Assembly: GCF_009914755.1 (NCBI RefSeq)
Contig: NC_060934.1
Direction: 5' to 3' (one strand)
Origin: the human T2T-CHM13v2.0 reference genome, Homo sapiens
Length of the DNA: 64,000 nt
In this document: positions 53,377-64,000 of the stretch, piece after piece
How the letters are laid out: each line of letters opens with the position of its first letter
Numbering within the stretch: position 1 is the first letter of the stretch
Translations under genes and position numbers: made by a program
The notes under the pieces: model-generated
What the model was told of the DNA's origin: nothing
The model's database searches: none
What the model saw: the letters and a program-made list of their open reading frames with translations, nothing else

Positions 53377-56300
53377 CCCTAGTCCTAAAGCTGGTATCTT
53401 ATTTAATGGGGAAACACTAAAGGTACTTTCAGTAAGATCAGTAATAGATACCCTGCTGGTATTCACCTCTGCTAGTATTCACCGCTAGAGGTATTAGCAA
53501 ATGTGATTAAATGAGAGAAGTCAATTAGAAGCATTAGAAAGGGGTAAAGAAGAAGTAAAACTATTCCTGCCAGATAGTAAAACATACTGGAAAGCCTCTG
53601 TAATTAAAACAGTGTGCTTACTGGTGTGTGAATTGGCAAATAGACCAAAGATAATAGTAAGTTCAGAATTAGACCCAAATGTCTACGGAAATACAGTACA
53701 TAACAAAGGTGGTATCACAGGTCACTGGGGTTAAGACAGACTTTTTAATAAATGGTGCTCGGACTACTGGGTAGCTATGTGGGAAAAGGTGAAATTTGAT
53801 TCAAGTCTCACACCATACAGAGAGATGAACTCCAAGTGGATTTGGGATCTAGATGTAAACAATGATACAACTACTAAATGAAAACATGGGTAAATTCCTT
53901 TTTAAACTTGTGGGTGGGAAAGGCTTTCTAACTATGACTTAAGATCTAGAGGCAATAAAATAAAAAAACTGATCAGTTTTATTACATGAACATTTTTAAA
54001 TTTTCGACAAAAAAAAAAATCACAGAACACCTTAAACAAAGTCAGAAGACAAAGTACTTGACAAACTGAGAGAAATATTCCTAACATATGCCACAGACGA
54101 AGGGCTGATATTTATGGTATATAAAGTGCTTTTAAATATCAAGGAACAAAGGATCAAGCCCTCACAGAAAGGTGGAAGAAAAAGACACGGACAGACAATG
54201 CACAAAATAAAATAGAACAATGACCCTCGAACAGACTTACTCAGAATTAGATAAACACATATTGTAAAACAACTACAAGATACCATTTCTCATTTACCAG
54301 ACGGGAAAACATGAAACACTGTGGCCTCACATTCAGTTGTGGAGGGGGCTTGAGCACCCGAGGGGCACCCACGGGGCCTCCTCTGTGCCCACCTTGGCCA
54401 TTGTGTATGCATTGTCTCACTCAGTCCTTGCGATGGCTCTGGGAGGAAGGTCTTAGCAGAAGAGCAAACTGGGGCTCAGGAAAGTGAAGTGACCCACCCT
54501 AATCTAGCTTTTAGTGTCAGGGCCTCATCTGGGTTCAGCCCTAGCCTTTGGACTCCAGATTCGGTGCTCCTTCCATGAGCCCACCCTACACCCACTCCCC
54601 AAGGCAGGGACTGGGCCTTATCCCCTGCGCACCTCCCTCAATGCCCAGGGAGTGCTGGATGCTCTGGAGTTGCCTGTGGAGTGACTGGGCGGTGAGGGAA
54701 TCGAACTTGGAGCTGCTTTATAAAATGCAGACTCCTCCACCAACGTGATTGTTGTCTCGCTAAAGAGCTGTTGATTGATGGACGGAACTGGCACTTTCCC
54801 ACAGGCCAGTCAGCCAGCCTCAGTCAGCCCCTTTCCCATTTTAAGGATTGGTCAGAGAGAGTGGGTGTTTGTGGGTGCATGGGGAGCAACAAGCCCCAGG
54901 GGCAGATCAGCTGGTCTGCTGGAAAAGAGGCTGAGCCAGACCTCAGCTCCTATAGAGAGCAGAGGAGACCCTGGGAGGATGGTGGGGGCATGATTGCCGG
55001 AAGGTCCTGCTCCAAGCCTGAGAATTCTGCTTTCCAGTCAGTAAGTTGTTTATTACACCCTTGACAGTGTCCTCCTCCGCCCCTGCCCCTGGATCCTGAG
55101 GAGCCTGCAGAGGGCGGGGCAGGGCCTGCTGAGGGTCTGACCTCTCAAGGGAAAGGGGTCGCTGGAAGCGTGGATCAAGCCATCCACCCTCCTTCCCATC
55201 ACGGCCCACTGGACCAGAGCGCTTGCCCGAGCTCCCGGAGGCCCTGATCTCTGCTGGAAGGGCAGGCTAAACAGAAATTCCCTGGGACCTTGGGGCATCT
55301 CCCTCTCACTTCCCTGGACTTCCTTTCCAAGGCTCCTTCTAGGGAGTTGTTGTGCTTCTGGGGCAGGGCGTGTAGTTCTCAGAGCTTCTTAGGAACCGCA
55401 GTCTTGCAGACCCTATAAAGGGGTGCATGAGGGCCCCGTGTCCCTTGGCTTGAGTAAGAGCTGGTGGTGAGAATCAGCCCCATGCCATCTCTGGCTGTCC
55501 CACCGTCGCTGGTCAGGGTGATGCCTGTTGCTCCCAGGCACAGAGCGCGGCATGCAGAAACACCCTCTTATTGACTCTGAGCTTCTCAAGAGCCCCACGA
55601 AGTCATCAGGGGGAGTGTTTTCACTGCCCTTTTATGGCTGGGCAAACTGAGACAGAGCTACCTCCTGACCTACACTGTTATCATCTGACTTTTCACCCCT
55701 ACCTCCTCCTCTCTGCTCTTGCCTTGGTTTGGTAGCTGAGAAAGATTAAGAAAAGAAGCATTGTAGACCATTCTAGATAGTCCTTCAAGGACACCCTGTC
55801 TTACCTCCATGTTTTCCCTAGGGGAACTCAGCTGTGATTAGGAGGAACCTGAGGGCCCTCACTCTGATTGGTCAGAGTGAGGAGGGGTGCAGGCCTGTTT
55901 GGGAGCCAGGAACTTACCTCCACTCCATGGCTCAGCGAGGGAAGCTGCTGACCCCTGAACACACAGAGAAGCCAAGGCCAAGCAGGTTGAAGACAGGCAG
56001 TCCCTAGCCTCTAGCCCTCCTGGCTATACCACAAACGTGGACATCAGACTGAGCAGAGCAGGCCAGTGGCCAAGGTCAAAATTGCTTTCAATGTCCTGTC
56101 CACCAAGTGACCTGTGGACCTAGCCTGCCTCTCTGGGGAGGGACATTCCAAAGACAACCAGCCACCTTCTCTCTGCCCTCCCCACCTCATCAGGCCTCCG
56201 GCCCTGGGTATGTGGGCCTCCCCCCACATCCCTGGAGCCTGGCACAGCCTCCCTTTGGATACTCACCATGGGTGGACAGCTGGGACCAGCCTTCCCCATA

Positions 56301-57259
56301 AGGGAAATTCTAGATCCCACCAAATTCCAAATTCCATGGCCTTATCTGGCACCATTCTGTCTGGCCTTTCATGGGTTTCCTTGTGTGGGAGGAAGGACCT
56401 CCCGCCCACAGAAAGATTATGGGGCAGGGAAGCAGGGAAGTGGGGGTTCCCCACCTTCCCACCACTCAAGCTCCCTGGATGTGTCACAGACTTGTACCAT
56501 GGCTGGAACACACAGGTTGTTTATATGGAGAGCAGCCAGGAACAGGGATTTGGGGTGTGGCTGGGGGTAAAGACAATGGGCTTGACAGCAGCAAGCCACC
56601 TCCATGGTGAAGTCATTGTCCCATTTAACCCTGTCAGAGCAGAGATGCTACAGCAAGGCAAATCACTTCCTCTCTCTGAGCCTCAGTTTCCCTGTCTGTT
56701 AAATGAGGGGGTTGGACTAGTGAACCATAGGATTCCTTATATGAAAGCTATATAAGCTGTGCATCGTAAAGTCCCCTTAGCCCAGCAGCCTATAGAATTT
56801 CCTGAGGGGCAGAAGGTGCCATTGTGACACCCACTGGCCTCTTCCAAGCATTTCCTGCTGGGCACCCTAAAAATACAGTAGGGGTGAGGTGGGGGTTGGC
56901 GAGAGTATGGGCTCGGCCATTGCTAGAGTCGTCATTTCACACATCAGCAAACGTGCCTCTGGAGGGAGTGCTCTCGCACTGAGCTTGGCGTGGCTGGCTC
57001 CTTGTCATCCAGGTCTCGGCTCCAATGGCCCCTCCCCAGAGAGTCCTTTCCTGGCCCCCTGCCTCTTTTACTCTTCTTCCAGCACTTCTTGCCATCTGGA
57101 ATGGTTGTTTGAATACAGACTTATGTGTTGACTCCCCAGCCTGGGAGCGCAGGGCTGTGTACGCTCAGCAATGTACCCTAAATGCTCAGAACGGTGCCCA
57201 GCACACGGTGGGCCCTTGTGAACAGGTGCTTAGCAAACGAAAAACCACAATCGTACGTA

Positions 57260-57570
57260 AAAATCTTAAGAGTTTTTTTTTTTTAATGCACATGCCTGGC
57301 CTTTACCCTAAAGGTTCTGGTTTAGGGACTGTGGGCCAGGTTTGGGCATATGAATTTTGACAAAACACCCCAGGTGATTCTGTGGCACACTTATGTTAAA
57401 AAGAGACTAGCTTGGTCATTCTCAACCTTAGCTGGACAATGGGATCACCTGGCACCTAGGTCCCACCCAGAGATCCTGACTTAATTGGTCTTGGGTTCTG
57501 GCCTGGCCGTCAGGATCTTTAAAAGTCCCCCAGGTGGTCCTCTTGTGTAGCTGAGGTAGAGGACCCTGGA
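57260..57570. mobile_element. Two adjacent MER5-family MITEs
   Basis: ..caccccaggtgattctg.. and ..ttctcaaccttagctg..gatcacctgg..cccacccagagatcctgacttaattggtct..cccccaggtg. Confidence 0.65.
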
Positions 57571-58903
57571 ACCTGAGGATCTCCAAGGCCTCTCTGATCC
57601 AAAATTCTGCATTCTTGGAAAGCCCTGCAAGGTTAAGCCACTTGTTCCACACAGCAAACTGAATTCTCAAATGGGGAAACCTCCTTGTTGAACCCTCCTG
57701 CAAAGATGAAGAAAGGGATACCCTTTTTGACCCTCATAGATGAGTTGAAAGCATTGCCAGAAGCCTTGTGGCCCATCTCCGATGACTGCCCAGGAACTCC
57801 CAGGAATGGCCTGTGGCTCTGTGCACAGCCCCCCAGCACCTCCTTTTCCTGGCAAGCCAGCTGAGCTGTGTCAAAACCTATCTCATCTCCTCCTCTGATA
57901 GCACACAGTTTTAAATAAGATCTTCATTTACCAGAAGTTCACACCACCGCGTATGTGTTATATGAGAAGTAGCAATCTTGTGTTCATGAGGGAAATGCAG
58001 TCAGGGAGGGTGGAGGAGAGCCGATTGCAGAGGGAGTGCACAAGGAGGGAGGAACTCGTGGAACCTGAGCTGGTGGCCCAGCCCCGGCCCCAGCCCCAGC
58101 CCTGGCAGTGCCATGCTCCTCTTGGCTCAGCACGGGGCTGGAGGGGGAGGGGCTCCCACTTTGCAAGCTGACCTCAGCTGCTGGAAGGCTTGGAGCAAAT
58201 GGGCATGTGATGTCACCGTGAGCTCCGCCAGTTGGCAGCCCTGGCCTTGCTTTGGGTCATTTACATGTCTTCAGTTGGTTAAGAAGGAGCTCTTACTGCC
58301 GATTTATTAGTTGCCGCCTGCCTAGCCTTGGTAGCTGTGATAAGGAAGGGGTTTAGGGGCCATGGATGGATGCCAGTCCCCCATGGCCATGCTGCCTCAC
58401 TTCCCAGCACAGCCTGCCATGCAGCATGTCAGTGAATAAACCAATTCCAGTAGGATGGGGCTTGACAGTTTCCAGGGTGTTCTCATGCAGTCCTCCCAAC
58501 CACTCTGTGAGATGGGCATGATTACCTTGCTCGTGGAGAGGAAGAAACCAAAGCTCAGGGAGCTTGAGTGCCTTGTACACAAAGCTGCGACCTTACTCCA
58601 GGATTTCTGCCAGCTGTGTCTGCACCTGATGGGGGACTTGTGGGCAGGTCGCTGTCCCTCTGAATGTGGTCTGCAGTATTTCTACTTCCACAGCACTTGT
58701 CCATTCTGATGGCCTAAATGCCAAGAGAACAGGGATCAAGGACCAGTGTGCCCTGTGACCTTGAGCAAGGTTGTTTCTGCCTCAGACCTCAATTTTCCCA
58801 AAGGTAAAGCAAGAGTTGGACTGGGTGGTCTTCCAGGAAGGTAGGACCCCTCGGCTTTTCGTTGCAGGTTTTCAAGTGTGTCCTAGCACCGAGGAGATGA
58901 GGA

Positions 58904-58954
58904 TCCTGAGGTGGCCCCATCCCGGGGTCCTGAGGTGGCCCCATCACGGGGTCC
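58904..58954. repeat. 24-bp tandem duplication, two copies
   Basis: tcctgaggtggccccatc(c/a)cgggg twice. Confidence 0.9.
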
Positions 58955-60699
58955 ACAGTACAAGGTCAATGCACTTGTAATAAATATTGAGCCAACCAAT
59001 GCTGAGCCGCATCCCTAGCCTCTGAATAAATAAAATGTTGCCCAGAATAACAGCCCGGAAGATGCTGGCGGCTTCAGCCAGCTCTCACCTTTGCCTCTCC
59101 CACTGGCCAAGCCTGTCACCCGTCCCTATACTCCCTTGTCTCCCCCTTCCCTCTGCCTCCCCACTCCACGGTCCATCACTCTAGCTCCAGAGGTGGCCAC
59201 CGTCCCAGCCTGGCTTTAGTTTCTAGCTCTGCAGCCTGCATCTCCCTCTCCCAGCCCCTCAGCTGCCACAGCAGTTAATGAGGACCAACCCCTACAGATG
59301 GCAGCTGGGAGACAGGCCAGCCAGGTTCTGGTGGGGCTGGGGTGGGGCACAGGGAACTGGAGGTGGGGCACAGGGGAGTGTGCCTTTAATCCCCAGCACC
59401 AGACAGAAGCCTTTCCTTCTTTGTCAGGACCCTTGCTGGCATTTCCTCCTGCAGCCCATCCCTGGGAGATGAACTGGTCCAACTCCTGCAGGAGGCCAGC
59501 CCACTCTAACTGCTCTTGGCTGAGGCCGCCAGGAGATTAGAAACAGGGTCCACAAAGGAACCTGGTCCCAGGGTGCTCCAGGCCACACAGGCACACTTGA
59601 TTTGATGCTTCTCTGCCTGATGAGTGTGCAAGTACAGTTATATGTGTTATATGGCTCCCTTCTTTTTACGGTTCAAGTTTCTCAGGGGCAGAGCCGGTTA
59701 GGTCAAGTGTGAAGTTACAAAATGTTAGCACTGAAGAGATATCTTCCTCATTTTATAGATGAGGAAATTAACCTCGGGGGTGGGGGGCGGAGATAAGGAC
59801 ACTTGCCCAGGGTCACACAGCCAGGAAGCAGCAAAAGAGCCTGGATTTGGAGCCTGATTAGGGCCTGTGCCCTTGGCCCGCACTTGACACCGCCCCCTCC
59901 AGGGGCTTTTGCTGGGGCCCTCACGGAGATGAGGCTTCATTCTTGAGATTCAGGCCTGGCCCAGAGAAGTCCAAGCCAGGGAATCGAAGCTTCTTGGTCC
60001 CAAGGTTTATGGACTGCCCTGGGGAAACAGTACCCCATCGGAAAACCTGCTCTCTGCTCTATGAAAAGGACCTTCACCATGTTGTGGGGTTTCACTGAAA
60101 AGTATTCTGGGGACCAGCATAAGAAGCAAAGCCCCTTGTATGACCTTCCTTTGGTCTGTCAAGCTGTGTGAGAACCAGCAGGGAGCCCCTGGGGTGGGAA
60201 GCTCAAAGCCCCAGGCAGAACACACCTTCCCTTTGCAAGGCACTTTCTAGATGGAATCCCTGGGGAGAAGCCTAATAGCTCAGTGCAAGAGGCGTGTGGG
60301 GTTTCATCCCCATTCTACAGGTGAGAGCACCTAGATGCAGCTAGAATACTTGGCCAGAGTCTTGTGGCTAAGACAGTTCCCCAGCCAGTTCCAGGCTGCT
60401 GGGTCTGGGGGCCCTGCTGCCTTGTTAGGAACTTGGGAGACTTGGAAACCTGGGCCTCTCTTCCTCTGCTCTATTTGCAGAGGTCCCAGGGTCATTCTGA
60501 ACACATCAGGGAGACTCATCCTAAAAGCTGGGTTGAGGGGACAGGATTTGGCATCCAGATCCCCTCCCCAGCAGGCCAGATAGATTCCCACTGGTCTCCT
60601 GGCCCAGAAGGAGAGGCCAGCCCTTCCCACCCCCAGCGCCCAGGGGGGCCCCTCCTCCCCCGGCCTGGCTGCAATGCCGGGCCCCTATTGCAGGACTCG

Positions 60700-60745
60700 C
60701 TGCCGCTGCCTCTGACTCTGCCTCTGCCTCTGCCTCTGCCTCTGA
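60700..60745. repeat. (CTCTGC)n hexamer repeat
   Basis: Direct read. Confidence 0.9.
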
Positions 60746-63700
60746 CAGACATCCCGCCCCAGAAGATAAGGATCCTGTCTGGCGCCGGAGTGCTTTTTTT
60801 CCTCCTTCTTTCCAAATCTGTTCCCTGATTATCTGCAGACAGCCCCTCGCTAGGGGAGCCACCAGGGAAGGGGCCCAGACCACAGAGAAAGACAGGAGGG
60901 GTGGGACTAACAGGCCTGCAGCCACCAGCCCTTCTGAACCCCTCTGGGGGCTTGATGGTCATTTGCTGAGCCCCCACTGTAGCCAGAGCCCTGAACTCAG
61001 CAGAGAGCTGAGGACTGGTTTCCCTGGGTGGGACTGACCCACTTCAGCGGGAAGAAGAGGGTATGTGGACTGGAGGTTGTGCCAGCGTGGGCTGGGATGG
61101 GGACAGAGGGTGGGGTTCCTTCCGTGGTCAGCGTTCCTCAGCCTTGGGCCTGGAGAGCACCCAGAGGGGATGTGGTAGAGGCTTCAGCCAGCCAGACGGC
61201 CACATCCTGTGGGAGACATTGGCCCTTCCCAGGCCAGACGGTGGGAGGACACTTAGGGACTGGTAGGGGGGTCCTAGGGGGTTCCCGGAGCCCAGCCTCC
61301 AGCCCTGAGGACTGAGCTTAGAGAATGGCCAGGGCTGGTGTGGCCTCTTGGCCTCAACCTGAAAAGGAAGGGCAGCTCCCCACCAACTGGGCTTCAGACC
61401 AGGCACCATTGTGGAATTCCAGCCTTAGAGTGCCCAAGCCGCTGAGAGCCCTAGAGAGCACCTGGTCGCATCTGGGCCATCTATAGACAGAGGGACCCAT
61501 GTGGAAGGCAAAGGGATCATCCCCACCTCGCCCACTGGCATGTCAGGAGCCTGCAGCATGGGTCCTACTGCCCTGGGAGCTGGGAGCCCTAGTTCAGGTC
61601 CACACTCTGCCACTAATACGCTGTGTGACGTTAGGCAAGTTCCTTTCCATCTCTGGGTCTCACTCGTCAACTGTAAACTGAAGGGGCCTTCTGGTCGGGG
61701 CAGGAGGGAACAGTGGAGATCTGAGTCCAAAGACCTTTCCAAACTTTGTCAAACTCCTCAGGGTTGTTGTAAGATTCAATGAGATATTGAAGGTGACACC
61801 TTGGCTTACAGTAGGTGCCCCATAAGTATGAGTATGTCCAGCCCTTGACAGCTCAGACTAGGGACCTCAGGACTGGGCAAAGCCTGGGCAGTTGAGTTCC
61901 CCTCTGTGAGAATGTGCTTGTGTAGCCTTAGAGAAAGACCCTACACCTTCCCTGCCCCCAGCATCCCTTGCCATGCCCGCCCTGCCTCACCTAAAACATG
62001 TGGGGGAAGGGAAGCAATGCAAGATCATTTTTTATGGCTTCCTGGCCCTGGAGCCAGAGGGCTGAGGATCGGGTGGTGTGGGCCGGATTCCTGAGCCCCC
62101 CTTCAGAGCCAGCTCGTAAATATGAAGCCGGGGCAGGGAGGAGCTGGCTGTTAAGCTGTCAGCAGAGGCCCATTTAGAAAGTCGTAAAGCGTTTCTCAGA
62201 GCTCCTCAGAGCTGGGACCCAGGGCCCTCCCGCCCCACACTGACCGGCAGTGGCCTCCTCATTCATGGGTGCTGGGCTTCCCTGCCCGAGCCCCCACTGG
62301 AGACTCCCTGGCTCTTGCCATTAGCTGTGCCTTGGTTTCCTCTCTGTGCAAAGGAAGTCTGCTCTGCTTCTCCTCTGGGAGAATGGATGGGGAGGTCCAG
62401 TGAAGCCCTCAAGAGGCCAGAGGGACCCTGGTCCTGAGAGCAGTGAACCCCCATATTTATCATTCCCTTCTCTGTGCCTCGCTCCAAGGGGACCCAGAAC
62501 CTACCCCCAAGGAGCTCACAAAATTCCACTTAGGAATGAGAGAAGATGCATGCCCCTGAAGAGAACGCCCACATTTTCTCCAGCTCAGAGGAGTGAGCTC
62601 CACGGCTGGGATGTGGAAGGCTTCCTGGAGGAGGTGGAGGTGTAGATGGGGGCTCCAGGGTATTCAGAGGTTTGGAGAAGAGGCAGGAAGCACAGGTGGT
62701 GGGCAAACAGGCCTGCCTGGGCGGAGGGTAGCTAGGATCCCAGGCTGGGTGTGGAATAGCAAAGGCCACAGAGCCTGTGAGCAGAGGCCCACTCTGGGGA
62801 CCAAGTGCACGTTCCCTAATGACCCCTGTTTGCCTGGTCACCAAGACTCGTGTTTATGTGGAAAAGCTCTGGCAACAGCATGGGTTCAAATACTACCCTC
62901 CCTGCTTCCAAACCACGTGTTCCTGGACAGTTTAGCCCATGTGAGCCTCGTCTTCAACCACAAAGTGGAATTAATAGCAATCTACCCCATAACGTCTCCA
63001 TGAGGTTTAAATGAGATTTTAGAGAGAGAGCCGTCTCACTCAGTGCTTGGGCATTTTTGGAGTTGGTTAGCCTGGGTCTGAAACTCGGCTCTGCCTCTTA
63101 CTGACCATGTGCCCTTGGGGTCACCTCTTAAGACCTCAGTTCTCTCATCTGTAAAGTGGGGGTAAGAGCAGTGAGACGTCAATAAGTAAATACACGGGAA
63201 GTCCTCAGCACAAAGCTGGCAATCCTGAGTGCATTAACTATTATTATGCAAGGTGTTCCTGCAGCACCTAGTGTGAAGGAGGTGCGGTGAAGTCCGTATT
63301 GGAAGCCTCCTGCCTCCATCTCCAGCCTGTGGCCTCTATAGGATCGGGAAGGAGGTAGTTTTACTGGGAGCAGAAGTGGTCTTTACTAGGACTTTGTAAG
63401 TCCTTTATTCTGTCTCAAGAAATATTTGATGCTCACCTTAAGGCAAGTGGAAATGGTAAAACCTCAGCCAGTCCATTTCCCTCATTGGTGATGAGCCAGG
63501 TGAGCCTGGGGGAAGAGGTGTGGTACCTGGAGCTGGGGAAGATGAGGAAGGTGGGGAGAGGCTCCTGTCAGGCAGGTAATTGGGGATCAAGGGGCTTCCT
63601 GTGTCTTCCCACAGAAGGGGACGGGAGACAAGGCAGCTTCCACTGAGTCGCCTCATTAACTTCGCCACAAATAGCCCAACAGCCTGTAACTCCCTCAGGC

Positions 63701-64000
63701 AGAAATCTGGAGCTGTTCAGAAGCTAAATAAATAGGAGTGTGATCATTAAAAACTAGAGGTGCTGGGAGCCCCCCTGCCCTGGGTGGAAAGCCCGTTTCC
63801 TGTTGGAAACACCAGTCTCCCTACCATTTGGAGCCACAGGAAGGGGTTGCTCGAAGACCTCAGGGGTAAACTGTTCTGGAGGGTGCAAAGGGTCCTGAAA
63901 GTCAGGCAAAATCCCCACAACGCCCACCCTGCCCAGGGCCCACTTCTCCAGAGTGGCTCTTTTCTTCCCAAAGTTTCCAGTGACCCCAAGTTTTGTTGCT

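Noticed and set aside
56114-56755. 213-aa ORF in intron 1
   Set aside because: Non-ATG start, no recognisable domain, and the 3' part runs through a MIR

Overview
Human genomic DNA. The coding exon 1 sequence identifies it as the UNC5B locus (chr10q22.1, recalled). The window has about 38 kb of upstream intergenic sequence, a CpG-island promoter, coding exon 1 of the netrin-1 receptor UNC5B (38616-38694, signal peptide MGARSGARGALLLALLLCWDPRLSQA), and the first 25 kb of intron 1. The intron contains a second CpG island matching the UNC5B-AS1 lncRNA position. Much of the window is interspersed repeat: 14 Alus, old L1, MIR/L2, LTRs (THE1, MLT1F, MLT2, MLT2A1, LTR47, MER4D) and DNA transposons (MER44B, MER2, MER5, MER63, Charlie-type). 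Nearly all ORFs in the supplied track are spurious. The two main observations are gene fossils read directly from the sequence. The first is an old, internally deleted CTAGE5/MIA2 processed pseudogene (about 28990-31050), split by a MER44B and partly duplicated at about 31530-31740. The second is a roughly 3.3 kb repeat-free block (about 230-3560) with nine or more colinear weak motif matches to the long exon of SPATA31/FAM205-family genes. Other observations: a four-level nested transposon stack, templated-insertion scars inside Alus, a three-half-site p53 element, an antisense MLT2A1 LTR pointing at UNC5B-AS1, HOX/PBX/RBPJ motif clusters in intron 1, and a young 136-bp tandem duplication. 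Family and subfamily assignments come from remembered consensus or protein sequences, not from searches. I found no evidence of a novel intact multi-gene system.
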